A stretch of DNA of 64,000 nucleotides, from NCBI GenBank assembly GCA_002633005.1, contig NMRA01000122.1:62255-126254 (forward strand). Reading direction: 5' to 3'. The stretch comes from Phoronis australis. Taxonomy: Eukaryota; Animalia; Phoronida. The notes under the pieces are model-generated. The model saw nothing but the letters and a program-made list of their open reading frames with translations, made no database searches and had not been told where the DNA came from. Both the position numbers and the translations under genes were made by a program. Positions 1-13,139 of the stretch are shown piece by piece; positions within the stretch are counted from its first letter, which is position 1; each line of letters starts with the position of its first letter.

Positions 1-1443
1 ATCACGGTGTAGGCCTACAGAGTGTTATGGTTTCGTGAAACTGTTTTCAGATGATTTGTTTCCTAATACATTTGACGTTTTTCAATTGTTGTCAACGTAA
101 TTCAGCTTAATAAAGTGATACTTAATTGTTTTTGTCGCTTTTAATAATAGACTATGAGCTGAGAGCACCATCGTTCGCCAGTTTTTCTCGTAACGAGACA
201 GAACACATGTTTATTTCCGGACTAACAGTACAAGTCTTCGTTCTTAAACAGCTTGAGGCTGTTGCCATCATCTGATGTTCAAGTTTTTACGCCCCGTCGG
301 TGCTCCTTATGCTCTTGAATATTTGGTAATTTGGTAGTTGTCTAAACCCCTGTGCACAAATCACACTTTTTCGTATGCTAAAAATGTGCGTGTAAGCAGA
401 TGTTCCAACAAAAAAATTTGCTGGTGGTGTGACTCATACTAAGATGTGCACAAATATGGTTTCACGAAACTTATGAGCCAAGTTCATATGACGAAATCGA
501 GAGGGGCTTTTAATTATCTTAAGAAAAACTCCTGTTAAGTGCCAGAAACGTACCAGGATGCATGGAAATTTCACTGTTTGGATAGAAAAATAAAAAGTTA
601 TCTTAAACGGGAGGGGGTTTACCCTCCTCCCGACCTCCCCCCGCTCGGCGCCACACGCCTCGGATTCGACCTTTGCGGGAATCCTAAACCCCCCCTTACT
701 GAAAACGTAGATCCGCTACTGGATACCTTGGAAATTTATTATTTCTTTGAATGTGTTGTTTGTATAAGTTATGCCCTTCGTGGGGATACATATGGAATAA
801 ACTAATTTCTTACGCCAAATGTGTCGTGTTGAGAAAACGCTAATATGTGTTCTTGAAATGGAAGTCAACATTACTTTTGGCACATTCTCTTCTAAAAATT
901 TTTACGAAAACTCGGCATAACTGAGTATTAGTCTGTGCTCCACTACATTATATTATATGCATCGGGAATTTCTAGTACTACAAACTCGAATAAAATCTCA
1001 AGGTTCTAGAAAAAATCCAAATTTCGAGTGCCAACGTTTAGCGTTAATACGTGTGTCATTAAATACTAAGTAGGACAGGTAAGTATCCTCGAAGGTCATT
1101 ATGTACTTGAGCTTAGAATTAAAATAGAGTTGTCTTGATTTCGCTCAGCTATAGAACTGAAAACGCCAAAAGTAACTTCGAGTAAAAATTTTAGACCCCA
1201 GGACCAGGGAGGGGTAAACACATTGTGCACTACGGAAATGGGCAACATTCATGAGTAGACAAAAGACAATGTCCACACACCGTTGTGCAGTTACATGTAA
1301 TTAGGGAGCGTGGAGAAACAATTCATGAGAAAGCGATCAGGTTATTCCCATTTCTAGGGAAAATTATTTTGGAGAGAGGGAACTATCCGTCCTGAACAAC
1401 CGCTTAATCGGCCTCCAAACTGCGCCCCATACTTTAAACAATA

Positions 1444-1625
1444 GCAGCCTATTTCATAATGGTGGTTTAAAGTTAAACCTGTTTTAAACTGGACTTAGAC
1501 CAGGTTTAAAGATAATCTGCATTTCATAAAGGTGGTTTAACTTTTAGACCAATGGTCTAGCAAAACCTGGTTTAACTCCAGCCTAGATCTGGTCTAAGTC
1601 AGTTTTCATTTCACCAACGAGGCCT
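1444..1625. mobile_element. End fragment of a PIF/Harbinger-like MITE
   Basis: Repeated atttcataa-ggtggtttaa units and palindromic ttagacc/ggtcta motifs typical of subterminal repeats of such MITEs. Confidence 0.35.
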
Positions 1626-1719
1626 ATATTCTTTAGACCTGTATTAACGTGACATCAAGTCTTTGCTTTGAAAATGAATGTGTCCGGAAGCTTTTTAGGC
1701 CCACATTAGACTTTTTGCT

Positions 1720-3501
1720 TCATTTTTGTGATTTTTGTCCTAATACTATAGCATTAATGTTTTGTAGATATTGAAGATAAGTCCGATTGGAGCTCTGGCC
1801 ATTTGCCCCAAGTTGTTCGTGAACGAAATTCAACACATCACTGTTGTACCGAGACGGCATCACATACTGACCTCTCCCAACCTGGATGGCACATAGATGC
1901 AGAAAGCAAACCAGAACAAAGCAAACGTCCTGGCGAGTTTCCCTCGATATAAGCGATTTCTCGTTTTTACTCTGACTCTCCCACTCCTGAAAGAAGCATA
2001 GAGCATCCTCCAGCAACACGAGCCTGTCATCCTCCAAGTTGCCAATAAAGAGATCGTCACGAAAAACATGGATAACAGAACTTGAGTGTCTCAGGAACTC
2101 TATGCTTCCATACAATGTCGGGTTCTTGGAGAATCGTTTGAAAACTGCACATCAGTTGGAGCATTTCACAGTTGAGTACATCCTTAGCTAAGCCATTCCT
2201 GATTTTGAGAACAGTTGTGAGATTAAGGTGGTCTTCAGTTAGTTTGTGGTGTACCCGCATCATTTCCGGATTTGATTCTCTGTCCCACTCTTATGCACCC
2301 CGCAAATGGTCCCAAGTTATTACATGTCCACGCCATTTAAGGACACGAGTACATTGGCTCTCACTGCTGCTGTGGTAGATATTATTACGAAGTCGCTTTA
2401 TTTTGTGTTTTGGCTCAGTAGAGATCACGATATCCACTTTGGGTTTGAATATGTTCCTTAAACACAAATGTTCTTTCACAGGAGTAACAGTAAGGAAACA
2501 TGTTCGCAAGAATCTGCGATTCTGCGATGCACCGTCATTCAACAGGCGTACACAGTCCCAAATAATGCTTGAAAGTTGACACGCTTTGGGTTCAGTGGCC
2601 GGGGAATTTGCTACAGGGAATTGGCCTCGGAAACCAGTGTGACCCACGAACATAACCTGTAATTTAACAGCAACAATCATTAACTTACATGTGGCGTCTC
2701 ACAATAGGCATTTTTAAAGTCATATGAAAGTAAAAAGACAGCATAACTTAAGAAATTCTAACAGTTTATGATATATTATTGGTACCATGGGACATCGTAC
2801 AAATAAATGGCAAATGGCACACAACGGTGTCCCAGTTAAAGCTTGCTTCACCGATTTCACCTTGGCACTCTAAATGTCAACAGCCTCTGCCTCAATCCTT
2901 GAATGTTTAGTACTTTCGGAATCATTTCAACGTTTACTTTCAACACATGAGTTGCCAGTCGTGGTGTCTTGCCCATTAGTACATCCATGGCATTCCCTGC
3001 ATCTCCATAATTAGTGAAGCCAAATAACTGCTTCTCCTGAAGCACCGAAGAGTTTTAAGTCAGACTGTATTCACATTTCATCAAAAATTAGTCCTCCACG
3101 ATATCCGTGAGAAGGCAGGTTATTTTCTTTAGCGCTTTTTACCATCCACTCTAGGTGCTGACGATGTTCACCAGGAGTTTGTTAAACACATTTCTTATAT
3201 GAAAGTAACAGGCTAACCGATGGCAAAACCAGAACGTGTGTGTCCAGAAACTCTTGCCAGCCTGTGGGGATCTTAGCCACAAACCCATGGCCACCATTAC
3301 AATGTCAGACCAATGGCGTCCCCAAGGAGTCTTCTGGGAATTTTTTATTGTCTCACTTATAGAAGATTTCATTTCAGTTGTCAGTGTTGGGAAAGCTTTA
3401 CAGAGAGAAATTTCCGGTATATCCTCTGTGCATATAAATTTGTCCACGTTTTCTTCTGTTGCCTTGTGAGACGTTCGTGGCTTGTCACTATCGTTAATAA
3501 C
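1720..3501 (-). pseudogene. Degenerate P-element/THAP9-like DDE transposase (frameshifts, stops, at least one intron)
   Basis: Successive minus-strand fragments carry P-transposase-type motifs in the expected order: LWLRSPQA, GGLIFDEM*IQSDL (~3050-3110), LATHVL, DGASQNRRF, HKIKRLRNN, ITWDHL, HKLTEDHLNLT...AKDVLN, SRYNSDV...GANG. An acceptor-like ttttcag lies at ~3502-3508 (minus). The N-terminus is missing. Confidence 0.8.
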
Positions 3502-3561
3502 CTGAAAATAGTGAAAAAATGAATGAACTTACTTATTATCTGCTTTGGATCTCGTTTTCAG

Positions 3562-6128
3562 GATTAACATTAAATCAGACCGTGGTTGATGCTGCAAACG
3601 TGTACAAACCTGATCAGCTAGGAGTTGGTTTGAGTCGAGTTTGTGATGTTTCCAATCTGAGGGTGACGAATTTCCATGTCAACAGTTGTTCACCCCACCC
3701 TGCTGAAACGGCGTTTTTTACAACAGACCTGCTTCTGTGATAAAGCCAGCTTTTTCCTGCTGTAGGAAAGTTGGCAAGTATTTTTTCTTTTCAATTACAT
3801 GGCTTTAGAATAATGAGATTTTGTTTATTTTCGCACATTGTGATCCCAATCAGAGATTAAGGCCACTGATAAGAAAAGTGGCTATAAAAATGTGCGTCAA
3901 AGCCATTGACCAAAGAACCCCCAAGATGGCATGGAAACACTGCTCGTGGTGGTGTGCCGCTCCAGAAAGGGGATAGTAGAGCCTACTGTATCGTTATTTC
4001 AGTAGCATTCAACAGCCTTGTTTTATGCAAAAAGGTTACACTGCCCTATTTAATTCATAAAAAACACTAGTTTCAGGAGCAGATCCAGGACTTTAAGCTT
4101 GGGGGGCGGGGCAGAGTATTAGCCAGAATTTTGCCCGTCAAACATTCGCACCCTCGTACTGCTAAATGGAATTTGGGAGAACTTTAGGGGGGCATGGCAC
4201 TCCTAATAGGGTAAACTAAAATTCATCTTCAGTCAGGGAATTGGGGTTAACATCTTTTTGAAAAAGACTTCTTTAAAATTCTGAACTTGTCTCACAATTT
4301 AGGTGGTGTTGCAGAGGAAGAACAGAGGGAAGATGGTGAATGCAGCTGTCCCGGATTGCCGGATGTGACGTTTGAAGGTATAACTTTGTGATTTGTGCAA
4401 GGTTAATAGGATTAAGCGATATGTCTGCTATATTTTACCACAATTTGTGAGATGTTGAAGTGTATAATCATGTTGTGATTTTGACTTTAGGTGGAATCGG
4501 AAATATTTATGAATTTCATGAGGGGTCTAATGACGAGTTTGATGAAGACGAACTTCAAGAAATTGAAAACATGGTACAAGGTAATATTTGAAATAAATTT
4601 TACGTGTTACACTTTGTTTTCAGCAATTGCTTCTGTAGAGTGTATATTGAAATGCTTCTACCCAATACCTTCTGTAAGTTATTACACATTTTGTTCTTTA
4701 CCGTATGCTGATTTCCACTTCTTTGGCTAAAAGTATTACAGTTAACGTTAAACCCTCATGCACCAATCACTTTTGTTAGTTCATCATGATTTACATCAAA
4801 CCACCTTTTCCATTGCAAGCAACTGAAACTGAGGGTAGTGACTTTGATTGGCTTATACACTTCCACGAAAATCAAAAGTGGCCTGGTGATCGTCACATGT
4901 CCAAAGAAGAAATAGCCATATTTGGAAAAGACATCATTTCTTTGTGCAAATCATTTTTGACAACCAACGACAGCAAAGACTTGCTTTCATTCATGAGCAA
5001 ATTCAGTGCACATGTTAAGGCCCAATCTGAAATAGATCCGATTCGAGGCTTGCTCGTGTGTCGAGTAAAGGATTTTGTGTTGTCATCAAAGTCTGTGCAT
5101 TCGGAAGAGGTGATAACCCCCAAGACGCTGTACCCTCAACGAGCACAGCTACTACCCCCACTCCTGCTGGTCTTGGTAAGCTACGATATATTGGGGGTAG
5201 ATGTATCGCCAAGGCCAGAAATTATTATATAACAACCATCAGAACAGCAATGTGCACAAACACAACTCTGTACGGAGAATGTCGTGCAAAGTTGGATTTT
5301 ATTGAGAAACTAAAAGCATCGCAGGTGGGAATATTGACTGCATCTACCCGGACGGAAACACTCAGTGTCATCCTGAGGAAGCAAAACACAAGCTGTGGGC
5401 TGACACACGTCACCGATAAGACATTCACTTTTTTGAAGCGCTTGATCAGGAGATGCAATTGGTGCAAAATTTGTCAATTCCAGAAGCCAAAATAAACTCT
5501 CAGTGTTTTAAAAAAGTATGTGACAACAAATGTCTTCAGGGCATGTGGTTACAGCTGATGCCTGGTGCAAAAGACGATGTAGCGATGGCCGTTATGAGAG
5601 TAGATTGTAAACGATATATGATGGTTGCAAGCAACCAATTCCGCAAGCACTTGGTACAGACATTAGGAAAAAAGAAAAGTTTTGCACATCGAGTAAACAT
5701 TCAAACAAAAGGAACAGATAAGCTTCACTCAATAGATGACTTTCAAAACGATCATTCTCCAAACAAACTCTCACACTATACCTAGAAAAGGGCAATTTGG
5801 AAAATCGGAAGAGCATGAACGAAATCCCAGTTGACTGAAATTGCAGCAATATACAACAAACACCCACTAAAGTCAGTCCTAAAGAAAGACCTTTGTGATC
5901 TTGCATGTAAACTTATTTCCGCGGCAGATGGCATACCACAGCCCCATACGAAATCTGTGCATAGTTTGTTGGAAGGTGTATGGAGACAACGAAGAAGAAT
6001 GGGTGCAGTGCACACACTGTGAAGGGTGGATGCGCTGGAAGTTCAGTGACCTCAGCCAACAGGAAGTACAAAAGATGGGAGAGGATGACCTATTCTGGTG
6101 TCCCCAGTGCGCTTCAAGTACCAGTTAA
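3562..6128 (+). pseudogene. Degenerate spliced gene: PIF1-like helicase C-terminal motif followed by an acidic linker, an uncharacterised region and a C-terminal PHD finger; probably transposon-borne
   Basis: After acceptor ttttcag at ~3561, GLTLNQTVVDAANVYKPDQLGVGLSRV resembles SF1B/PIF1 motifs V-VI (QGLTL..V.VD...F..GQ.YVALSR). Small AG/GT-bounded exons occur at ~4302-4377, 4491-4580 (acidic) and 4624-4673. Frameshifted ORFs span 4786-6128 and end in CIVC...EEEWVQCTHCEGW...FWCPQC (PHD). Confidence 0.65.
4075..4205 (+). mobile_element. Short GC-terminal MITE; related inverted copy at ~54490-54615
   Basis: caggagcagatccagga...ggggcagagtattagccagaattttgcc matches the reverse complement of 54550-54612 (ggcaaaaccctggctaatattctgccc...gggatcctcctttg). 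Confidence 0.5.
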
Positions 6129-7729
6129 TGTATGTAACCGTGGGCTGGATTTTTAATGTCTGTTACTTACTGGTACAACTTTAACATGTTTTTGGCGATA
6201 TCGCTCTGTTGTACACAGATGACACATGTGTTGTCTGCCGAAGTTCACAACCTTGTGACATGATAAATGATGTCCCCGTATTCCGTCTGTAGCCGAGACA
6301 GTTGAGACGCTGCCAGGCTTCGGTAAGAAGGTGGTATCTTTTATTAACCATCCTCCACAAAACTTTAATCTACAAAAAATAATATTTTGAACGTTGATAA
6401 CGTTGAGTGATGAGATAAGCATTGTCCTCAGTCCTGTAGTGTACATCAGGACTTGCTGTTATGGATTCACAGAAATCAATGCAGGTCAAATATTTAATCA
6501 TATCTAGATTGTCTGCATACATTTCTTCACTGTCCAGAAATATTAGTCACTATCAATAAGTTTACCTTGCCTCAACCCTTAATTCTACATTGCATATTTC
6601 CGTTTAATAAAATAATGCATTTTAAACAAAATACAGCACATCTCTTGCTTTGTGGATTTACCTTGTTAATAATCCTGTGAATGTTATGAAATTGAGTGCA
6701 CTCCACTCAAATGCGTGTGAAAATGACAAGTTGTCCATGTCTACTTTGCATCCATCTACTATCACCTCTGTCTGGACATGGTGATGTTTATATTTTTTGT
6801 TTCAATTTGCAGTACACTGTTTGCTGACTGCAATCAGTTACATGCATTGAGGGCTGGTGTAGCTGCATGCGAGTCAAACAACAAGTTGCACGGGACATTT
6901 TGGAGCTTTATTTCGCAACGCGTTACAATTGAGATGTGTGTCTATCCGTCCGTCCGTGGAACAGGAAGACGCAAAATATTCCGAAGTAACAGTTCATGGA
7001 CACATAATTCGCTAAGTGGAACGCATTAAAGGCAAATTGCAAGCAAAACGGCAAATGTTACCTGAATGACGTCTTGAGACTCGCGCAGTGACTAGAACAC
7101 ATCTGACCAGTGTGACAATATTCGCAATAGTGCCTGAATATGCCGTGTAACCCGGGCTCGGTCTCAGCGACCTGAGCGCACTCGGTCATTCCTAAACCAG
7201 TATTCATAGAACTCATAGCACAATGCGCCGTAGGCGGAGCTAACTTCATTCACAGCGCCCTTCCTAATAAGTTTTAACTTATTTTAATTAGAAAAATCCA
7301 GCGCGTGTAACCAAGAACCAATACAATACAATACAATACGAATCGATATGGTGTATCACAACCTACGTGTGCGAGAAATTATATATACCACTATTCTGCC
7401 AATGAGTCAGTCACAGTTCTCTAGCAAAATAGTCAACTTATGCACTGGACGCTCAATCAACTTAACGCCACTGGTACGCCTGCCCTTGGCATCCACACAA
7501 GGATCACCAACAGTCAGTCTCTACGCGCCCAGCCTTTAATATGGGGGGCTCGAACCTCTGACAAAGTGGACCTTTTGCTAAAAAAAACGGGAGGACTAAA
7601 AAACGGGGTACCACCTTCAGGTCTGTATGTCTGCGCCTTTTTAGTGGACTTTTGTCTCGTTTTCTCGGACTTTTTGTTTCTCTGAGGCGGACCTTTTTAC
7701 CCACTTCGCCAAATGGGGGGCTCGTGAGA

Positions 7730-10700
7730 GCATGAGTCTAGCAGAGCGAACTAAACCATCCTTACTAAGATTAACATCGCAAACTCTGGGCAATCTCCAC
7801 TCACTCCTGGGCAAGTTATTATCTTTAACTATAACAGTATCACCAGTCTTAACATTAGTCGTTGGTTTGGTCTATTTTTGTCTCTTGGAGACTAGACAAA
7901 TATTCTGATTTCCATCGAGACCAAAACACATCTGTTAAATGTTGTACTCGTCTCCACATCTTTCTGGAGTACAAATCAGCTAACTCAAATGCGCCAGGGG
8001 GCGACATCAAAACTTTAGATTTCAATGTCAAGAGATGGTTTGGCTCTAAGGACAATGGGTCACTAAGATTATCAACCTAATTAGGAGGTCGACTGTTGAC
8101 AATCGAAGTTACTTCATACATCAAAGTTCTCAATGATTCATCATCTAACAGAGCTACTTTGATTGAACATGGAAGACAGTACACATCTAATGGTACGAAT
8201 CTGTCTATCCCAGATGCCGCCCATGTGGCTGGCATGGGGTACATTCATCTTAAAAACAGTATAGTCGCAACCCTTCTTCAATAGAAAGTGCTTTATCTGA
8301 TAAATATCAAGTCCGTTAATCGCAGTCTTAAGCTCATTTAGAGCGCCAACAAAATTGGTTACTTAGTCGGAACGCAAAAGTCGAACTGGTCCTCTCAACG
8401 CCGAAAAACATCTAAATGCATTGATGAAGCAATCAGCAGTAAGACCATTGCATAGCTAAATATGGATAGCTTTCGACGACATACATACATGTACGAAAAC
8501 ACAAGCCCAACGTTTAACTGACTTACGACCACTCTTAACATATACCAAGGATCGAAATAATCAACTCCACAGTATGTAAAAGGTAGCGAGGGCTCTAATC
8601 TGTCCTCGGGGAAAATCAGCCATCTTCTGTACGCAAGTAATAGGTCTGAACTTTCTGCAAGTAACGCAATTGTGTGTATAGTGTGAAACAGCAGTACTGC
8701 AGCCAATATTCCAATAGCCATTGGTCGTATTTCATTAGTGGTTAAACTACGACCTTGGTGCTGAACTTGGGTAAGATGATGCTTACATGGCAAAATCACA
8801 GCGTGCTTGAACTCACGTGACATCTTAGCACGTTTAATTTGACCACCTACGCGCAGAACGCCATCTCCATCCAAAATGGATCCAACGGAAGAAGTGGGCT
8901 AGATCTCTTTAACGCTCTGTCAGTAGAGCTTAAAAGAGTAGAGATATCTGCTGCAAAAGCATTTCTCTGAACCAATTTGATAATTTCAACTCCGGCCGTT
9001 TGAAGATCTTGCACTGTAATAGACATGTCAACATTAGCATTACTCGAGCGATTTCTCAGTCTAGACTTGAGCTTCATACAATTGGCAATAGCTCTTCTGG
9101 CTCTGAACCAATCAGAAAACCTTTCAAATCGAACAGACTCGAGAAACTGCGGGAACTGTTGTGCGTCCTGAGTCGCTAATGATTTCACTCGTTTAACTTT
9201 AGGGTCATCGTCAGAGAGACGCACATCTGAAACGTCAAAATCATGCGAGAGAAAGTCGTCATTCCATAAAAACCTAGGACCTGAAAACCATTCAGAACGA
9301 CCAACAAAACTACTGGGATCGATACCCCTTGAGGCCACATCGGCCGGGTTTTCGGCTGAGCTAACGTGTCTCCACTGAGAGGGATCACTATGTTCCCGTA
9401 TTTGTTGGACACGATTGGCAACCGTTTGGCGTCGTTCTGGATGTAACCTAGTGTAATCTGACTATCTCTGTCGTACTCTACTTCTTTCACTAGAATAGAA
9501 CTGATACAGCGTCTGTCAATTCAAGTCTGGCTACCGTAACTGGTCGTAAAGGCACAAGTACTTAACCAAAGCACGATGAATTTCATCTTTGAATTCTTCA
9601 GAGGGAGGTAGGAACATTCCCCATAGCCAACATTACAAGCACCAGAGAAACTACGTAACTGTATTTACACAATGTCGCATAAAGCCTGTAGTTTGTAACA
9701 GCCTTTCGATTTTCAAACTCTTTAAGCCTTGAGGACTATTTCTCCATAGTTCCCAATGGGCTCTCAAACCATCTGGAAGGCAACAATCCCAGTCTACATG
9801 ATCACTACAGACTTGTTGCAAGATTTGCTTCCCTCGCAAAACGACAGGAGCAAGTAAACCTAAGGGGTCATACACAGAAGCTACAGTCGTGGCTAAAATA
9901 CCTCGTCTGGGCAGTGGCTTATCTTGCAGAGTAATTCTAAATTGGAAAGTGTCCTATTCGACACACCAATACACGACGATTGCTCTTTCCAGCGGAATGC
10001 TATCGTGCAAGAGATTCACATCATTTAGATGACACGAATGATCATTAGGATCAAGTGACTCCATCACTGCTTTAGAGTTGGACATAAAGTTGTGCAATCT
10101 TAATCCACCTTTAGCAAATAGTGCTGTGGTGTTTTCAATCAAAGTAACCGCTTCCTGGTCATGCAGTCAGCACTGATACGAGTCCGTCGTCCACATAAAA
10201 TTTCTGTTAACGAATTTAGCGGCGTCGGGACCAAATTCCCTTTCACATTTGGTGGCATTAAATTTGAGCCCAAAATTCGCGCATACTGTGGAAGAGGTGG
10301 CCCCGAACAGATGCACTGTCATGCGATACTCAGAAGGTTCAAAATCTATATTACCATCCCCCCACCACAAAAACCTAAGGAAGTATTTATGTTTCTCGTC
10401 TACGTAGAAGTGATGGAACATTGCTTCAGTGTCGCATATAAGGGCTATCCTGTATTGTCTAAAGCGACAGAGAACACCAGTTAAGGTGTTTTTCAGGTTA
10501 GGTCCATATAATAAATGATCATTGAGGGATACTTCTCGAAACTTTGCGCTGTAATCAAAAACTACTCTTAATTTATTAGGCTTCTTGGCATGGAATTCGC
10601 CATAATGGGGCATATAGTTAACAGAACCGTTTTCTAGCTCAAGCCCAGTAATAGGAACCTTTTCTGCAAATCCCTTATCAAAGAGGTTATTCATGAAATC

Positions 10701-11193
10701 AACGTACTGTTGGTTATACTTGGAATCAGACTTTAGACGTCTTTCCAAAGGTTTCAGACGGAGTGCCAATTGTCTGTTATCAAGAAGTGAAGGTTCAGTG
10801 AGCTTAAATGGCAGTGGCATTTCGCACTGTTTCAAAAAAATCATAAAACTCGCGGAGAGCATGTCCGTTGCGCGCCGGAATTTCATTCTAAGCGTCAAAT
10901 TTGTCCCTGAAAGCGTTTGTAATTACAAAGGGGTCGCCGTAACGTTCTTCTAAGAGCTTCTTAGCCTCGGTATAAGCTAGGTGGGGTGGCAAAAAGAAAT
11001 AACTGTCGATTGCCTTTTTGGCCGCACCAGACAGATATTTTCCCAAGTAATAAATTTTCTCTGTTTGTGGAATGGACTCAAAGGCGCATTTCCACCCTGG
11101 GTATTTTAACGGATCACCTTCAAAGATAGTAGGCTGAGGTAACGGAAGACGTCCTAGATTAATTTGCTCGGCAAACTTGGCTAACACACTGAC
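7730..11193 (-). mobile_element. Degenerate BEL/Pao LTR retrotransposon (gag fragment, RT, Pao RNaseH/peptidase A17 region, integrase)
   Basis: DUF1759-like gag (FEGDPLKY..W, LLEERYGDP). RT: YMPHYGEFHAKKPNKLRVVFD, CDTEAMFHHF, HLFGATSS. Also YDPLGLLAP, ADVASRG, DGVLRVGG, CGVDYF, PNHLL and WRRVQHLTDVFWSRWKSEYL. Many frameshifts and an internal gag-pol deletion. Confidence 0.92.
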
Positions 11194-11676
11194 NNNNNNN
11201 NNNNNNNNNNNNNNNNNNNNNNNNNNNNNNNNNNNNNNNNNNNNNNNNNNNNNNNNNNNNNNNNNNNNNNNNNNNNNNNNNNNNNNNNNNNNNNNNNNNN
11301 NNNNNNNNNNNNNNNNNNNNNNNNNNNNNNNNNNNNNNNNNNNNNNNNNNNNNNNNNNNNNNNNNNNNNNNNNNNNNNNNNNNNNNNNNNNNNNNNNNNN
11401 NNNNNNNNNNNNNNNNNNNNNNNNNNNNNNNNNNNNNNNNNNNNNNNNNNNNNNNNNNNNNNNNNNNNNNNNNNNNNNNNNNNNNNNNNNNNNNNNNNNN
11501 NNNNNNNNNNNNNNNNNNNNNNNNNNNNNNNNNNNNNNNNNNNNNNNNNNNNNNNNNNNNNNNNNNNNNNNNNNNNNNNNNNNNNNNNNNNNNNNNNNNN
11601 NNNNNNNNNNNNNNNNNNNNNNNNNNNNNNNNNNNNNNNNNNNNNNNNNNNNNNNNNNNNNNNNNNNNNNNNNNNC
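11194..11676. other. Assembly gap (run of N)
   Basis: Directly visible. Confidence 1.
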
Positions 11677-11938
11677 CCCCCCCCCCCCCTTGGCTGCCAC
11701 AAGCAACAGCGTGAAGCGTGAGGAAATGTTGAGTATCAAGTTCAGTAACGAGGACCAGAAGCGGAATCATGTTCCCATTATTTTTTTTCTTTAGTCCACC
11801 GATAGATGTTCTGCACAGAAGACCCACATGCCCGGCTCCCCCAACTTTCGGGCCGCCTGTGCACATACACTCGCGCTTTCCCCAATTCCCGGGGCAACAT
11901 CTTGCCCCCCCTTATGGTATATTAGATCCGTCACTGCA
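11677..11938 (+). mobile_element. MITE fragment related to the 13140-14285 family
   Basis: Shares cccccttggctgcc...ggaaatgttgagt and the terminus cccccc...tagatccgtcactg. Confidence 0.55.
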
Positions 11939-13139
11939 TTCAACCCAGACATCTTCGATGTTTGTTCCCAATGGTAGTTGCTGAGTCAGTGAGCCCGACA
12001 ATTTCCAGCTTGGCACTGACTAAGCCCCTGGAGGTTGTCAAGTCCAGCATTCAAAGGAGTTACAAACGCAACTATATTTGACCGCTCATCATGGAGTGCT
12101 TCAAACCTTGCGCCTTTGTCAAAGACTCCAGGGCCAATTTGCATCTCTTGCAACTTTTGAATAAACGTCCAGTCTGAACACTTGAAACCTGAAGTTGTAA
12201 CATCAAATAAACGCCCACGGGTATGGACTTTTCATCGGGAGGGCTTTTCTGCGAAAATTCCCAATATAGAAGACGGGAGTGGTGCTTATTGTGGGTAGGA
12301 AGACGGTCACTGCTGAGGTCGGAACCAGGGCTCCTTAGGAGGCCTACTGAACACCGCGCGAGTACCGCAAGACTTTGCTGAGAGAGTGAGAGTATAGCCT
12401 ACCCGCAATTTCTGGTACTGTGCGAATACATGTACGGTCACCTTGTCAATGTAAATGCCCCCGGTTTATTCCTTGTATAGACCTAACTTGCTAGGGTTTA
12501 TTTTGAGACAGACTCAGTCGCCAACAAACCTCAGCGCCCGCCACAACCCCCCTTACTAGGGCCAAACAATTATTCGGAAAACGAGTTGCATCTTTTTTAA
12601 TAAACACATTACATCAGTGTACACTGTATGATTATTGCGCAAAAAAAATATTATACACCAGTCAAATTCAAGTTACAAACTTGTTGTGGAGTATAATTTT
12701 GGCATGGCAGGTGAAGTAAAACAATGCACGTCGATTTCCCTGGATACCAGGGTCACGCGGTAATACAATATTTTCCTTATCATATCAAAGCATGTCGTAG
12801 AGTAAAGCCGCTAGTTACATAAAAATCAGCTATAGAACTTCGCTTTTCCACGGTGGGTCTGATTTCAAAGTGCTAGTGGCTACAGCCGCGGAGACTGAAT
12901 AATGAGTTTGGACCCCAAAACGCGTAGCGCACAATTGAACTCTGTGCGACTTGCCGATGAGCCACAAAAACTCGAAATGCGTTGGGTTTTGTGATTACAG
13001 CAAATCGCAATGCAAAGAACTTGTACTTTTCCCCCATTTTTTAAGTATTACTTGCGTTTGCTGGCGGTGCCGTTTTCGTTTGTTAATTTTATATTTTGAT
13101 CCTGTCCAGGGGGGGTTAAACCTGATCCCCCTGTAGATC

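Noticed and set aside
10888-11866. Long ORFs containing X runs
   Set aside because: Artefacts of translating through the N gap.
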